A stretch of DNA of 64,000 nucleotides, from the NCBI GenBank assembly GCA_951406725.2, contig OX597814.1, positions 47,120,001-47,184,000 on the forward strand. Reading direction: 5' to 3'. The notes beneath the pieces are model-generated. The model saw nothing but the letters and a program-made list of their open reading frames with translations. It did not search any database and had not been told where the DNA came from. A program made the translations under genes and the position numbers. This document shows positions 1 through 12,413 of this stretch, piece after piece (positions within the stretch are counted from its first letter, which is position 1; each line of letters starts with the position of its first letter). This DNA is from Octopus vulgaris. Its lineage: Eukaryota.

Positions 1-39
1 CTCACCCAAATTGCAGGCCTTGTGCCTATAGTAGAAAGA

Positions 40-97
<58 letters not shown>

Positions 98-111
98 GTG
101 TTGTTGTTTAA

Positions 112-320
112 GGCGGTGAGCTGGCTGGATGGTTAGCACCTCAGGCCAAATGCATAGCGGCATTTCATCCGTCTTTACGTTCTGGGTTCAAATTCCGCCG
201 AAGTCGACTTTGCCTTTCATCTTTTCGGGGTCGATAAATTAAGTACCAGTTGAACACTGGGGTTGATGTAATCGACTCATCACCTCCCCAAAAATGGCTG
301 CCCTTGAGGCAAAATTTGAA
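112..320 (+). mobile_element. tRNA-derived SINE family A (representative copy)
   Basis: A/B-box-like head (GGTTCAAATTCC), core GCCTTTCATCC/TTTCGGGGTCGATAAATTAAGTACCAG, (TTA)n flanks; further copies near 13193, 22150, 22861, 25341 (+) and 4800, 17826, 18150, 24436 (-). Confidence 0.85.
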
Positions 321-1905
321 CCACTATTTGAACCAAAAATTAAACCATTATTATTATTATTCAACACTTGGTAGTTTCAGGAAGATTTCTACTACATACT
401 GCATCACCTGCTACTCTTTCGTGTTACTGGAAAATTCGTAGTACATTTTAAATATACGCAGGTGTATATAGAGTTAGCCGACTGGAGAGGGAATGGTGCA
501 AAAGCCTTGCAAATCTATTCATGCAGTTTTAACTCTCTGATAGATACCGATTGAAACCGTGCAGATATGAAGCTACTGCATCGAGCCATCTAAACTGCGT
601 CTGGATAGGGCATTTATAGAGAGGGCAAATGGGGTACAGAATGGTCACAGTGTCAACCTGACGACTACACTGACTACAAATTAGTGATCTGCACAGACGC
701 TCGAAGACTACAGTAACCGTACTATCGAATTAGTCTAGCGCTAGTTGAGGAGGCAATAATCAACGACTGGTAATGGTGAGCTCTGAAGAGGCAATTCGAA
801 TAGATTTTACAGGATTTAGCAAGGAAGTAACAATTGAGAGAAATTGATTTGAGGATAACTAATGCACAAATTAAGAGGCGATTAGGAAATGCATCTTGAT
901 TGATGCGCTAGCGACGCGAATAAACCTCAGTTATTTCTTCAATGCAAAACATGAAGTTTGTGCTGTCAGAGTAAATCGTGTGTTCTAAGTCACAAAGGGT
1001 CAACATAGCAGAGGTGCAGCGTGGCAACAAACCTACAATTGGGGTTGTAAGAGACCGGAAAGATAGTGAACCTAGGTAACTATCTCTGCGCCCTATCACA
1101 ATTCTCGGCAGAAGGCATGAAGTAAAGCGCAAAGCCAGTAATAGTAGCAGAGATACTGTTGCTCGTAAGTGATTGTGCAACGGGGGAAATCAGCTGTTAG
1201 GACAATTTACCCTACTAGTTTTATACTTTCATACAAGACTTGTCTGCCAGCATCTTAGCAGGCGTCAGTTGCAACTGGTATCAGTTGCATTGAATTCTCG
1301 GTTCAGTGAGAGGAGGATTGGTAGCGCCCTTAAAGAAGGGAATGGACTCTAGTACATAATTCTGCTGAAAGCCTGAGCTACACTGAGAGTAACAAAAGCG
1401 TTCTCTTTTCCCAGCAGAAAGAAAATAAAGCAATACTTTTCGTCACAACACACTAAAATAGCTTCCCAACAACAGATCTCTCTCCGAAATTTTTGATTAT
1501 TTTTTAATGCATTTGAAAAGTGGAATCTTCCCCGAAATATTATGGGGCCATTAATCAAGAAATATAAAGTAATACAATATCTTTTCTCTTTGTTTTCATT
1601 TATTGAAACCATTTATATACTTTATTTAATCCTACTTGATTCAATCAACAGAGACAGATTGTTCTCATTTCGACCCAGATGAGGACTAGTCCGAATAAAT
1701 CAGAATACAATAAAACATTCGAAATACGTGAGAGTGAAAATGTAAAAGAAATTATTTTTGCATATAGATTGAAATTGAATGAAACCTTTTAATGAATAGT
1801 ATTCCAGTAATATTTCCAGGACTGATTTTGAAAAAGATGGAAATTTAACAAACTGAATACATATTGGATTCTGTAGCGGATGTCTAAATACACACACACA
1901 CACAC

Positions 1906-1937
<32 letters not shown>

Positions 1938-2298
1938 TTATTACCTGTACCTCCGTTCATTTATTTGTTTATATGTGTGTGGAGGCGGGTGGTTTAGTGG
2001 TTAGGGTGTTGCACTCATGATCGTAATATTGTTGTTTCCATTCCTGGACCGGGTGATGTGTTGTGTTCTTGGGCATAACACTTCATTTCCCGTTGCTCCA
2101 TTCCAATCACCCGGCAAGATGAGTAATCTTGTCACGGCCCATCGTCCCGTCCAGGGTGGGGAATATATACACAACAGAATTCGGGAAACTGGCCGTATGA
2201 GCCTATGGCTCAGGAAGACCTTTCCTCCTTCATGTATGTATATATATATATATATAAACATACACACACATAGCTTACCAGTACTTCTGTTCGCTTGC

Positions 2299-2343
<45 letters not shown>

Positions 2344-2599
2344 TGTGTGTGTGTGTGTGTGTGTGTTTGGTGGCTAAACCAAATGGAAGCTGTAATAGAT
2401 TAAAATTTGTAATTTTAATCTATTACCTATACTTCCATTTATATTACCATTTCAACGGAGGGTGGTATAAATGAAAATAAAAAGATTTAAAACGTTTCTT
2501 GCGGCAGAATTCAGCGTTATAATTGAGGGAAGTAATGGAGAGAAGGGTGTAGCTATTACAACAGGATGTCGACTGTTTTAAAATCGAATTCATACACAT

Positions 2600-2960
2600 T
2601 GGGGTGTATATATTCTGATAGTCCAGAAACGTATAGTATGAGATACTGGATATGATAATCGACATAGCATGTGCCGATGACAACAGGATCAAAGAGAAAG
2701 AAGAAAAACTGAACAACTACGATGATTTGAAGTGAGAAATACGAAGGTTATGGTCAATGAGGAGAGTAGACGTGATACCAATAATAATTGGCGCACTTGG
2801 AAGTATCAGCACTCAACTACCAATATGGCTCAAAAAGATTGGTACAAATGTAAAGAGAGAACACCGACAAAAATCAGCATTGCTTGGAACTGCAAGAATT
2901 TTTTGCCGGGTTCTTGAAGCATGCCCAGTAAACAAGTGTCACCTGAGTCTACTGGCTCTG
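2600..2960 (+). mobile_element. R4/Dong-like LINE 3' fragment (restriction-like endonuclease)
   Basis: IIDIAC.DD.RIKEKEEK...YDDLK.EIRRLW...VIPIIIGALG...QKSALLGTARI. Confidence 0.8.
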
Positions 2961-3315
2961 GACAGCTGACACTTTCCATCATACCCAGCAAAATAAGCTG
3001 AAACTTTTCATCAAATGATGATGATGATGATGATGATGATGATGCACATTCCCGTCGAAGATGATGTATGAGTATTCAGCTTTTGCCGAACGACCTGCAC
3101 AGATGATTTGTTTGTAGTGATCAAATGTTCGTGCTGCACATAAGGTCACTCCCTCCATCAAATCGATATGTACCACGCGTCAGGTGTCGATGCGATTGCA
3201 GAGCGACGCGCAGTGAAGTTCTTTGCTCAAAAACACAACGCACCACTCGGTCTAGGAATTGAAACCACTGTCTCGCGATCGTAAGCACAACACCCAAACC
3301 ATTAGGCCATGCACC

Positions 3316-4168
3316 CAGCCCCTACATGGCAAATATTGGGTTAATCTAAACAGAAAAGAAACAGACGAAGCAAAATCCAAACTATGGCTGAGAAGCTCAG
3401 AACTCAGAGCAGAGACTGGAGGTTTTTTAATTGCAGCACAAAATCAAAGCCTTCCCACCAGAAATCACCAAAAACGTGTATGGAAAAGAAATACAAGTAA
3501 CTGCAGAATATGTGGTGATAGAGAAGAAACAATAAGCCATATTGTCTCTGGTTGCCCAGTCCTGGCTAAGAAAGAATATATTCACAGACACGAGTGAGTT
3601 GGGACCTATATACACTGGAAGCTATGCCAACACTATGGAATAACAAAAGAAAAAATATGGTATAGGTACACCCCATAAAAGGTCACAGAAAATGAGAAAG
3701 CAACCATACTCAGGAATATGCCAATGCACGGAGAAAATGAAATTTAGGCCAACAGGTCGGATATAGTGTCAGAGCTCACCAAGAAAAAAAATTGCTTTCT
3801 AATCGATGTATATATACCAATAGATGACAGTGTTTCTCTAAAAGAAACGGAAAAACTTTCAAAATACAAAGATCTGGAAATAGAGGAAACTCAAATGTGG
3901 AGGCTAAAAACAGAAACAATTCCTATTATAGTAGGCGCATTAGGCATGATATAAAAAAACATTCAGGCAAACACTTAACAAAAACACTAGAACTTACAAG
4001 TATATATAACATACTGAAAATAGCACTACTAGGCACTGCACACATTCTACGTAAAACACTTTCAAAACTGTGAAAATAAGAGCACAGCAAACCACAGCAC
4101 ATCCTCAAGGCACAGAGAGATACGTTCAGTAGTGCAATTAAAGCACGTGATAAAAATGAAACTTCTGG
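3316..4168 (+). mobile_element. R4/Dong-like LINE 3' portion ending in a (TAA)n tract
   Basis: PLHGKY...ETGGFLIAAQNQSLPTRN...CRICG..EETISHIVSGC zinc knuckle, then CFLIDV.IP...EKLSKYKDLEIE...IPIIVGALG; followed by (TAA)n at 4169-4229. Confidence 0.9.
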
Positions 4169-4229
<61 letters not shown>

Positions 4230-4230
<1 letters not shown>

Positions 4231-4793
4231 TGCCCTGATGCAGTGCCAGGCACTGGCTCTCGTATCTTCCCATTTTAATTGATTAGAAGTGTTATCATGT
4301 ATATATTTTGTCTTGGTATAAAAGATGAGCTACAGCAAAAATTCTGCTCAATACCACAGATTTGCTTGTCAGTTGTTTGACCGTAACTAGTTGAGTATGT
4401 CCTTTGGTGGCTGACGATATGCACATCTCTGATCACGAGCGGAAGCCGTTGGGGAGCACCGTAGCCATGTGTTGAGAAGAATTCTTTGGGGTTTGAATAA
4501 TTCTCCTCGGGAAACATAGGTGTTTCGTTCAACGTTCTGAAACAAACCTTATTGAGGACCTTTTGAGCAGGATAGGCTACTCGATATGAAGAAAATTTTA
4601 ACTGGGCCCCACCTGCAAAATCATGTGCTATTTATCTTATATGAGATCACAATATCGCGCGCATATGGTTGAGATGCATTTCCTGTGTACCTTTATCAGA
4701 CGGGTAGTCATGATGAGTATACCGGGCCTCGTATATTTGTACCTCAGTGTCACTTTGATGGCATGCACTCTTCTCTCACTCGATAATAATAAC
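4230..4793 (+). mobile_element. ~560-bp non-coding interspersed repeat associated with (TAA)n
   Basis: Second copy inverted at 14507-15035 and a fragment near 59670-59835; both long copies abut TAA tracts next to R4-like ends. Confidence 0.75.
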
Positions 4794-6175
4794 AATCTTT
4801 TCTACTATAGGCACAAGGCCTGAAATTTTTAGGGGAGGGGTTAGTCGATTACATTGACCCTAGTGCCCAGAAGAATGAAAGTCAAAGTTGATCTTGGCGA
4901 AATTTGAACATTTTCCAACGTTCTTCCAATTCACTCTACCCTCTCACAATAGCTAACCACAGCAACCTAAACTAATCACTCCATATACTAAATTTAACAA
5001 CAATACTATTCCATAATTCCTTGTGATTCAAAAGAAGTCATAGACTTCATGTTGATGCCAACACAAGGAAATTCCGTCTGCACAGATAATGCCATCACAT
5101 CTGTGTTCTTGTTCTCGTGCTTCTACCAATATGAAAAGGAACGTATCATCTTTTAATCCATGCATGTTCCTTCTATCAAAGTAATCTTCCTTCTCTCACC
5201 TATGTAATATATCTAGCCATTTATCTTCCTCTGTGTCGATTCATTCTTCTGTCACCTCAGTAATCATCTAACCATCTGTCTATCTTCCTTATGTTAACTT
5301 AGTCACCTTTCTAATCATTTATCTTCCTTCTTTCCCCGAAGTCATCTATAGTCATCTATCTTCCGTAACTTAAAACGTAAATGGGTCCTCCGCTCGTTTC
5401 GACGATGAGTTTTTCAATTGTTTGATCAATTGGGCTACCTACTTATTGAACAATAGAGCAAACGGTTTGGTATGCAACATATACTATAACCCTTAATGTA
5501 ATTCTGAAGTAGATTTCATATGACACAGTGTATGACAAAGCTGAACCTTTACACTGCCGATACAATCCACCCAACACTTGTCCTTGTTTCTGTTAGCCCA
5601 GTTTTACTCACAAGGCTTGGGTCAACCCAAAATCCACAGAGAGATCAACTCGGTAATGGCTATCTCTTTGTTCAAACATCTCCTTTCTGTCACGTAAATC
5701 ATCTGTCTGACTTCCTTCTACTAGCGGTTTTTTGCTGCAACTGTAAAGCTTGCAATCATGCAAGCCAAAGTTAAAGAGTGTTCTTTTTAGGACTGAAACT
5801 TCTTCCATGTAGAGATAGACGATGAAGCTGTGAGGATAATGCAAAAAGGCAATGACCGATAAATGTCGGCAATAACGTTGCTAACAAGGATGATAATATC
5901 AATGATGATGATTAAAACAGAATACAATAAAATTCCTGTTCTGAAAATAGCCTCCTCTGCTCTCAACGTTACTAAGATATCGAATTTTCAGTCGAATTAA
6001 GAAATTTTCTTTATGTTGTTCAAAATATGTGCAGATTCTAGTACCATTTGTCTAGCAGCAGCATCGACCCTAATCTAATCCGTTTTACAATCTTTAAAAA
6101 AGCTGTCTCGTCCACCTGATAAATATATCATCGAGTGAAAACTTTCTTAAAGATCACATTTCATATTTTAACCAG

Positions 6176-6288
6176 GTCCCGGTATGGCATTTATTGCTTA
6201 CCCTCAAGCCGTAGCAACCATGCCAGGAGCTCCGTTTTGGTCCATCCTCTTTTTCCTCATGTTGATTTTACTCGGAATGGACAGTCAG
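6176..6288 (+). CDS. SLC6 transporter internal exon (EL4-TM8), 113 bp
   Basis: ttttaaccAG acceptor, GTaaa donor; encodes (G)[37 protein letters not shown], the canonical SLC6 GPGLAFIAYP...GLDSQ block. I did not find upstream exons in this window. Confidence 0.96.
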
Positions 6289-7549
6289 GTAAAATTTTAT
6301 CTTCTTTTAACTAAAGTACAATCCACAATTTGCTAAAATGTTTTCTGGTACAAAAGTGTAATTTATTTCTTTTGATGTCTATCTTATATAATGTACTTTG
6401 GTAATAACGAGTCAATCACTTGTTCAAAGCATTTTCAACGGTGAACGTGACAAGGGCACAAGACACCTTTAAACCTCTTCAGTCTAACTAGTAGAAATTT
6501 AGACACAAATTAAATGATCACAGGTAAACTAATGGCATTCAATTACAAGATGATATTTGTTGTTGATAATGTCCATTTAATCGCTAAGATTCATGTTGGC
6601 AACGTTCTGTACATAACGCAAATTAGTTCAGCCGTGTAAAGTTGGTATGTTTGCTTTGATGTGTATTTCTAAATGTGCATGTGAGAAAGAGAAAGACAGT
6701 GAGAGAGAAGGGGATGAGAAAAGTGTGATTATATATGCACACATACACAAGCCTGCGCGTGTACTTATCAGCATTTTACAGCTGGTACTTTTGCTTTTTG
6801 TTGCGTGGGTCCAGATCAGCTGTCATCTAGTAGATCTACGCCGCGCAAGTAATCGGCCGAACAATTAGGCGGGACTTAATAAATTTATACTATGTATCCT
6901 ATTTATGAGAGCCATAATGCACACTCCGCTACGAAGTGCTTTATCGAATGAGACACAATTCTTCGTGCTAGACATGTGCTCTTCTAACTATCAAGTTTAT
7001 ATCTGTATGCCTGCAAATTCTGGTGGCGGGCACAACGGAGGTGGTTAATATGGACTCGTTTCAAATGCGACGGTTGCTCTAAATGTGTTTGTTAATAGTT
7101 CAACACGGTGGCATAGCATGAGGTGTGTTGTGTGTGCAGATCACGAAGAATGTTCACTTTATATACCTGTGTTTGCTGTAGTCGAAGCACAATGCGTTTA
7201 AGGAAAGGAGCATTCAATTTGGCTACATAGGGTGGCCAAATCCCACGCTACGCTACTGATTCTCTGCATCCCGGTACAGAGCTTGTAGCTAATGAGACGA
7301 TGGTGCTGTAATTTTTGTTTGTATTTCTTATGTATTTGTCTGAATGAGAGATGACCAAATGTATTCCAGCCATGACCATACCGTCTTTATTCTTTACGTA
7401 TAGAACCTAGAGTCACTTAATCAAACATGTTCTTTTCTAAGATGGGAGGGTGTGGATTTTCTAAGATGGAAGGCAGATTTTACCGCTATTTCTAATAAAC
7501 ATCACGTTTATATACATCACGTACAGAATCTCTCGTTAGGAGGGTATAT

Positions 7550-8280
7550 TAATATTCTGGTATTTTGTAGATTTTGGGGATGTTTATAGATAATTTCATG
7601 TTATGAACAGAGATTGTGAGGTTTGAGAATGTTTGCTACAGTTAACTGTGCCTCTCGAATATTTAGATGTCTTTTTTGTAGAGGGGGATTCATTTTTAGT
7701 GTTTTTATTTTGTTGAGAAAATAGATTTTCTATGTATGTGATCTGCGTGTCTTCAGGAGTATGTTATTTGTAGTATATTGTAGACATAAAGTTGAGATAG
7801 ATCTAACACAATCTATGATGGATCTAGATGGTCTGTTATTGTTTTGTTTTTGTTTTTTAGCTAAATGTAGTACATGCGGTATTTTAATTTATATTTTGAT
7901 ATATTCCATTTGTGCTATGAATGTTTTAGGTACCCCCCCCACTATTTTTGTCTTCTGTGTGAGGCATATTTTTTGGTTCTCTGGTACTACCGGAAAAAAG
8001 AAAGCTGGTGGGCTTGGCTGTTATTTTAAGTCTGTTGTTTTGAAACTAGGTTTCTAAGTGATTGGTGCTTCAATTAGTTGTGCAGCTGTATTTGTAGAAT
8101 TGTGGGTAGATGTCAATGTGTGTCATCTGCGTATTAGATCGTGTATATATTTTGAAGAAGTGTCAAGAGGTCATGTAGATACAGATTAAAAAGAGTCGAG
8201 CAGAAGGCGGATCCTTGGTGAACTCCATTTGGGAAATTTCAAATTCAGAATGTGTTGTTTTGGTTTTATGACTTGAGAGA
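7550..8280 (-). mobile_element. Decayed LINE RT fragment
   Basis: Minus strand: PNGVHQGSAFCSTLFNLYLHDL...YADDT. Confidence 0.7.
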
Positions 8281-8340
8281 TAAGCAATTCAAAGGAAGAA
8301 TAAATTAATAGCAACAGAAGCAGTATGAATACTAGAAGAT

Positions 8341-8520
8341 AATCTTTATCTCTAATTTAACGTGGAAGTTGAACACAGATTACTGCGTTATTTACCTTGA
8401 AAGGACCTCTAAATGAGGGGGCTTTTATGCACCATGAGTCAATATGAGAGGTCCTTTCAAGGTAAATAATACGTATTTTGTATTCTAACACAACTTTTAT
8501 GTTAAGTTGAAAAATAGATT
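8341..8520. repeat. Inverted repeat with perfect 23-bp inner arms
   Basis: TTATTTACCTTGAAAGGACCTCT (8388-8410) / AGAGGTCCTTTCAAGGTAAATAA (8447-8469), with degenerate outer extension. Confidence 0.85.
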
Positions 8521-9395
8521 GTTTTGATGTAAGGACGGTGAAAAGTGTAACGTTTCAAGCAGAATCCTTTGTCCAAGAAAAGTGTTTTCTTACGGGAGAT
8601 TGTTCCTCGCTTGCATTTCGTGTTGTTTCTTGAAATGTTCAATATTTTGTGTATAAAAGGCGAATAGAGACAAACGTTTTATGGATTATAGTGGTAGTTA
8701 GAAAGATGCGTATGAGGATGAAATCGTCACGTATCTCCTTTGTAAAGTTTCTGAGTGGTGTGTTGGTTGACTGTAGGGTTCTGAACGATGTTGCGATTTA
8801 TAGGGAAGAGTATGTCGATTATTAATGTCTCTAGAATGATAGGTTTATGTGGTACCACCCACCTTGGATGTTTGTTGGGATTTAGAATTTTAACCAACTT
8901 CTATATCCTAGGGATTTTATAGCGATGATACAAGTAGTTGTCTGCGTCTATTCTTCCAAACATTTGTTGAGCGACTGCATTGAGACTTGTACAGCAAGCA
9001 TTTGTATACATGAGTGTGTTTGCTTCTAAATTTAAGTTGTTTATAGTTGCAAAATAGTTTATCAAAAGAATTTCATTACTAAGTGTAATAAAACTCAATA
9101 CTGTTTATTTCAAAATATGAAAAGCGGACGATGATGGACAGTGTGATAATCCGGTATAGTTTCCAACAAATATTCGTTTTTGAAAATAGTAAATAAATTT
9201 CGTAGCAGTATAAAAAGTTTTATTTTTGTCGAAGCAGAACACCACTAGTTTCCTTTGATTCTGTTTTTATTTACTGAAAATAGGTCAACATGGAAAGTAC
9301 ATTTCTTTAAAGACGAGACACTTTTTCATGTTTTAAAACAAAACACTAAAATATTGGTTTATATGTGTTACATAGTTTTTGCTTTTTATTTTTAG

Positions 9396-9533
9396 TTCGT
9401 TGGAGTTGAAGCTGTGGTAACTCTTATTGTGGATCAGTTTCCCAAACAACTACGTCGAGGCTATCGCAAAGAAATATTCACTGGTTGTGTGTGCATAGCG
9501 TCCTTCTTTTTTGGATTGCCGATGTGTATGAAT
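9396..9533 (+). CDS. SLC6 transporter exon (TM8-TM9), 138 bp
   Basis: Poly-T tract + tAG acceptor, GTaagt donor; FVGVEAVVTLIVDQFPKQLRRGYRKEIFTGCVCIASFFFGLPMCMN, in phase with the previous exon; LRRGYRKEIF resembles the TauT/GAT loop. Confidence 0.96.
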
Positions 9534-10429
9534 GTAAGTATATTATCAGAAAAAAGATCTTTTGACATTTTTATATCAACTTTATTTATTTATCTATTTT
9601 TAAAGGATAAACAAAAAATTCTGGTATTCATTGTTCTGGAATGAACTATTTCAAAATTCGGAAGAGAAAGAACTACAAACTGGTAATGAAAACTAGATAG
9701 TCAACTTAAATCGCCTGGAGCTTAGCTCAGTTCGACTAAGAAAAGAGTATACCTAAAAATAACTAGAAATTTGTTGAGACTGCTTCAGAGATGTTATCAG
9801 TTATTTATATACTGTTTCGTTTCTTTAATTAATGTAACAAATACAATGATCTGCTTGATTAAGCTTTCCTATCTGTATACAATATTATATTTAATATTTG
9901 CATTCTTGTCTGTACAAAACAATATATACATAGTTTGTTTTGGGAAGATATACTCATTAGCTTGGGAAGTGATACGCAACATGGATGACCTCTGTAGCTA
10001 TCTCCGGGCTTACCATATTAATGAAAAGAAAATCACTATATTGATATATAATAATGTGCGCAAATAGGTGTCAACAATTATAATAACTGATGGAAATTAC
10101 CAAGAGAAGCTAAATACATAAAAGCTAACAGTCAAATTAGTGCTATACTTAATGTAGCGAGGAAAAAATCTAATTCATAATACTTATGCGATGAGGAGAA
10201 AACATTAGCTCAATAATTAATATTATTCACTTCACTCAATCCTTCCTTCCCAGAAGTCTAATTGTCTAGGCTTTTGAAAAAGGATTGAGGGGAGTCCACA
10301 CCTTCTCAGCAGGTATCAACGTGTATGAGGGTCTACGAAGACTATATATTTTTTTTAATATCCAAACATTTTCTTAAATCTCTTTATATAGATTGTGAAT
10401 TTTTTTTACTTGTTGAGTCTGGGGAAGAG

Positions 10430-11230
10430 GCATAATCTTTGGAGGCTCTCCGAAGCCGGTGATCTCGATGCCATCAATGTTCTCTTTAAACTGTTACAGG
10501 TCAATACCTGAAGGGAGAATATCCCACAGAACAAAAGTTCTGGAGAGAAAGGACTGGAAATAATTATTAGTGCTAGATCGAGGGTTTGGGTGCACCAAGA
10601 GTGACGAACGATGAGAAGCTGAATAGGTTAGGGGGTGTCTGAGTGAAGGAGGTACGATATCAGCTAGCTCGGAGGAACACAAGCCATTATAGTAACGAGA
10701 AAACGGATAGAGAAGAAACAGCACGCTTGTAAGCCAGTGGCTGGATTATGTCTGCAAGTGGTTGAAAACAAACTAAAAAAAGGGCTTTCTTTGGATGCCA
10801 TCCAAGATGTTTGAGTGCCGAGTAGTAGCAACACTGTTCTAGATGTAAGAGCAATATTCCACTGTGGGTTTCACTCAAGCCTGGTAGAATGTCAGCAGCT
10901 TTTGGAGCCTGAAATACTTTCGGGTCATGAAGTGAACAGCCAGCCATAGAAATGTCGTCCTCGTTATGCTAAGATTATGCTTTAACTGGGAGAGAACCTA
11001 GGTGACAGTAGGACCGAGCTTTTGAAGCGACTGTGAAGGTCTTAGCTGAGTGACGTTCATGTTTAGTGGGGCTGAGTGACGTTCAGTTTTCTTGATATGA
11101 ATAGTGCTTGAGGGTTTGTATTTTTCTGTTCAAAGAAACCCACTGAAGGATTCTCTCACGATCTTTGAGTATGGAATTAATACCGAATTGGCGTGTAGTG
11201 TCTAGGCTGTGTGGATGATGCATGGTTGGG
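10430..11230 (-). mobile_element. CR1/Jockey-group LINE 3' fragment
   Basis: QPLAYKRAVSSLSVF / RYYNGLCSSELADIVP...SFLSRTFVLWDILP, typical C-terminal motifs. Confidence 0.75.
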
Positions 11231-11400
11231 AAAAGTTAGGAAATTGCTAAGAATCACATTAATGCAAGGTTTTACTTTAATTCTATGAAATGCATTTCAT
11301 TGGTCCCTGGATTATATGCAGAATATACATACACATGCTGAGCATACACAGATGCACACATATAATGATATGTTCTCTTAAATAAACCTGTTATCCTGCG

Positions 11401-11402
<2 letters not shown>

Positions 11403-11494
<92 letters not shown>

Positions 11495-11500
11495 CATACA
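11403..11500. repeat. (TA)n microsatellite, representative of many
   Basis: Long pure TA run; similar TA, CA/TG, TTA, TGA, TACA and TAGA tracts throughout (e.g. 41-96, 19710-19915, 21625-21718, 37720-38070, 43805-43915, 52105-52338). Confidence 0.99.
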
Positions 11501-11502
11501 TA

Positions 11503-11665
11503 GGCGCATGAGTGGCTGTGTGGTAAGTAGCTTACTAACCAACCACATGGTTCCGGGTTCAGTCCCACTGCTTGGCATCTTGGGCAAGTGTCTTCTGCTA
11601 TAGCCCCAGGCCGACCAATGCCTTGTGAGTGGATTTGGTAGACGGAAACTGAAAGAAGCCTGTCG

Positions 11666-11721
<56 letters not shown>

Positions 11722-11903
11722 AGTCTGTGTTTGTCCCCCTAGCATTGCTTGATAACCGATGCTGGTGTGTTTACGTCCCCGTCACTTAGCGGTTCGGCAA
11801 AAGAGGTACTGGGCTTACAAAGAATAAGTCCCGGGGTCGATTTGCTCGACTAAAGGTGGTGCTCCAGCATGGCCGCAGTCAAATGACTGAAACAAGTAAA
11901 AGA
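11503..11903 (+). mobile_element. tRNA-derived SINE family B with internal (TA)n(TG)n
   Basis: Head GGCTGTGTGGTAAG...GGTTCAGTCCC, CORE-like CTTGGGCAAGTGTCTT, tail GGTGCTCCAGCATGGCCGCAGTCAAATGACTGAAAC. Confidence 0.85.
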
Positions 11904-12313
11904 GTATATATTATATTATATTATATTATATTATGTAATATTATATTATATATCAGATATTCAACTATATTGCATTGTGATTGTCTTGATAATTATTTAA
12001 AATACATATATTCGCATATTTGTTGGGTTTTCCCTCCTTTATTAAGTGTTTTTCGTCAGTATCACTAAGTGTGTGGTGAAAGGCTTTGCCATAATAGTAT
12101 CTAATACTATTACAAAATATTTCAAGCGTGAATGTGGCAATATGAGTACAGTTGAAATAGAGATCTTGATTCTACCATAACAGAACTGCTTCAGATAAAC
12201 TTGAACATTTCGAAAATCATTATTGTTTTACTTGATATTTGTATATATTATGTTATATCTAATACACGTACAAATTATTAAAAAAATGTTTTCTTTAATA
12301 TTTTCGCCTTCAG

Positions 12314-12413
12314 GGAGGGATGTATGTGTTCCAGATATTTGACTTTTATGCTGCGAGTCGTATAATCCTTCTTGTTGGGGGACTGGAATGTATAGCAATA
12401 GCTTGGATTTATG
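12314..12413 (+). CDS. SLC6 transporter exon (TM10), 100 bp
   Basis: ccttcAG acceptor, GTaagt donor; [33 protein letters not shown](G). Not in the ORF track. Confidence 0.96.

Noticed and set aside
4230-4260. CTGATGC followed by hairpin CAGTGCC/GGCACTG at the repeat 5' end
   Set aside because: No GAAA box, and I could not build an HDV-like fold by eye.
1-6170. Searched for the preceding SLC6 exon (TM7, N..TS..AGF.IFS.LG)
   Set aside because: No matching peptide with splice sites found; it probably lies upstream of the window.
11503-11570. tRNA-like A/B boxes
   Set aside because: SINE heads; no complete cloverleaf, and always followed by SINE body.
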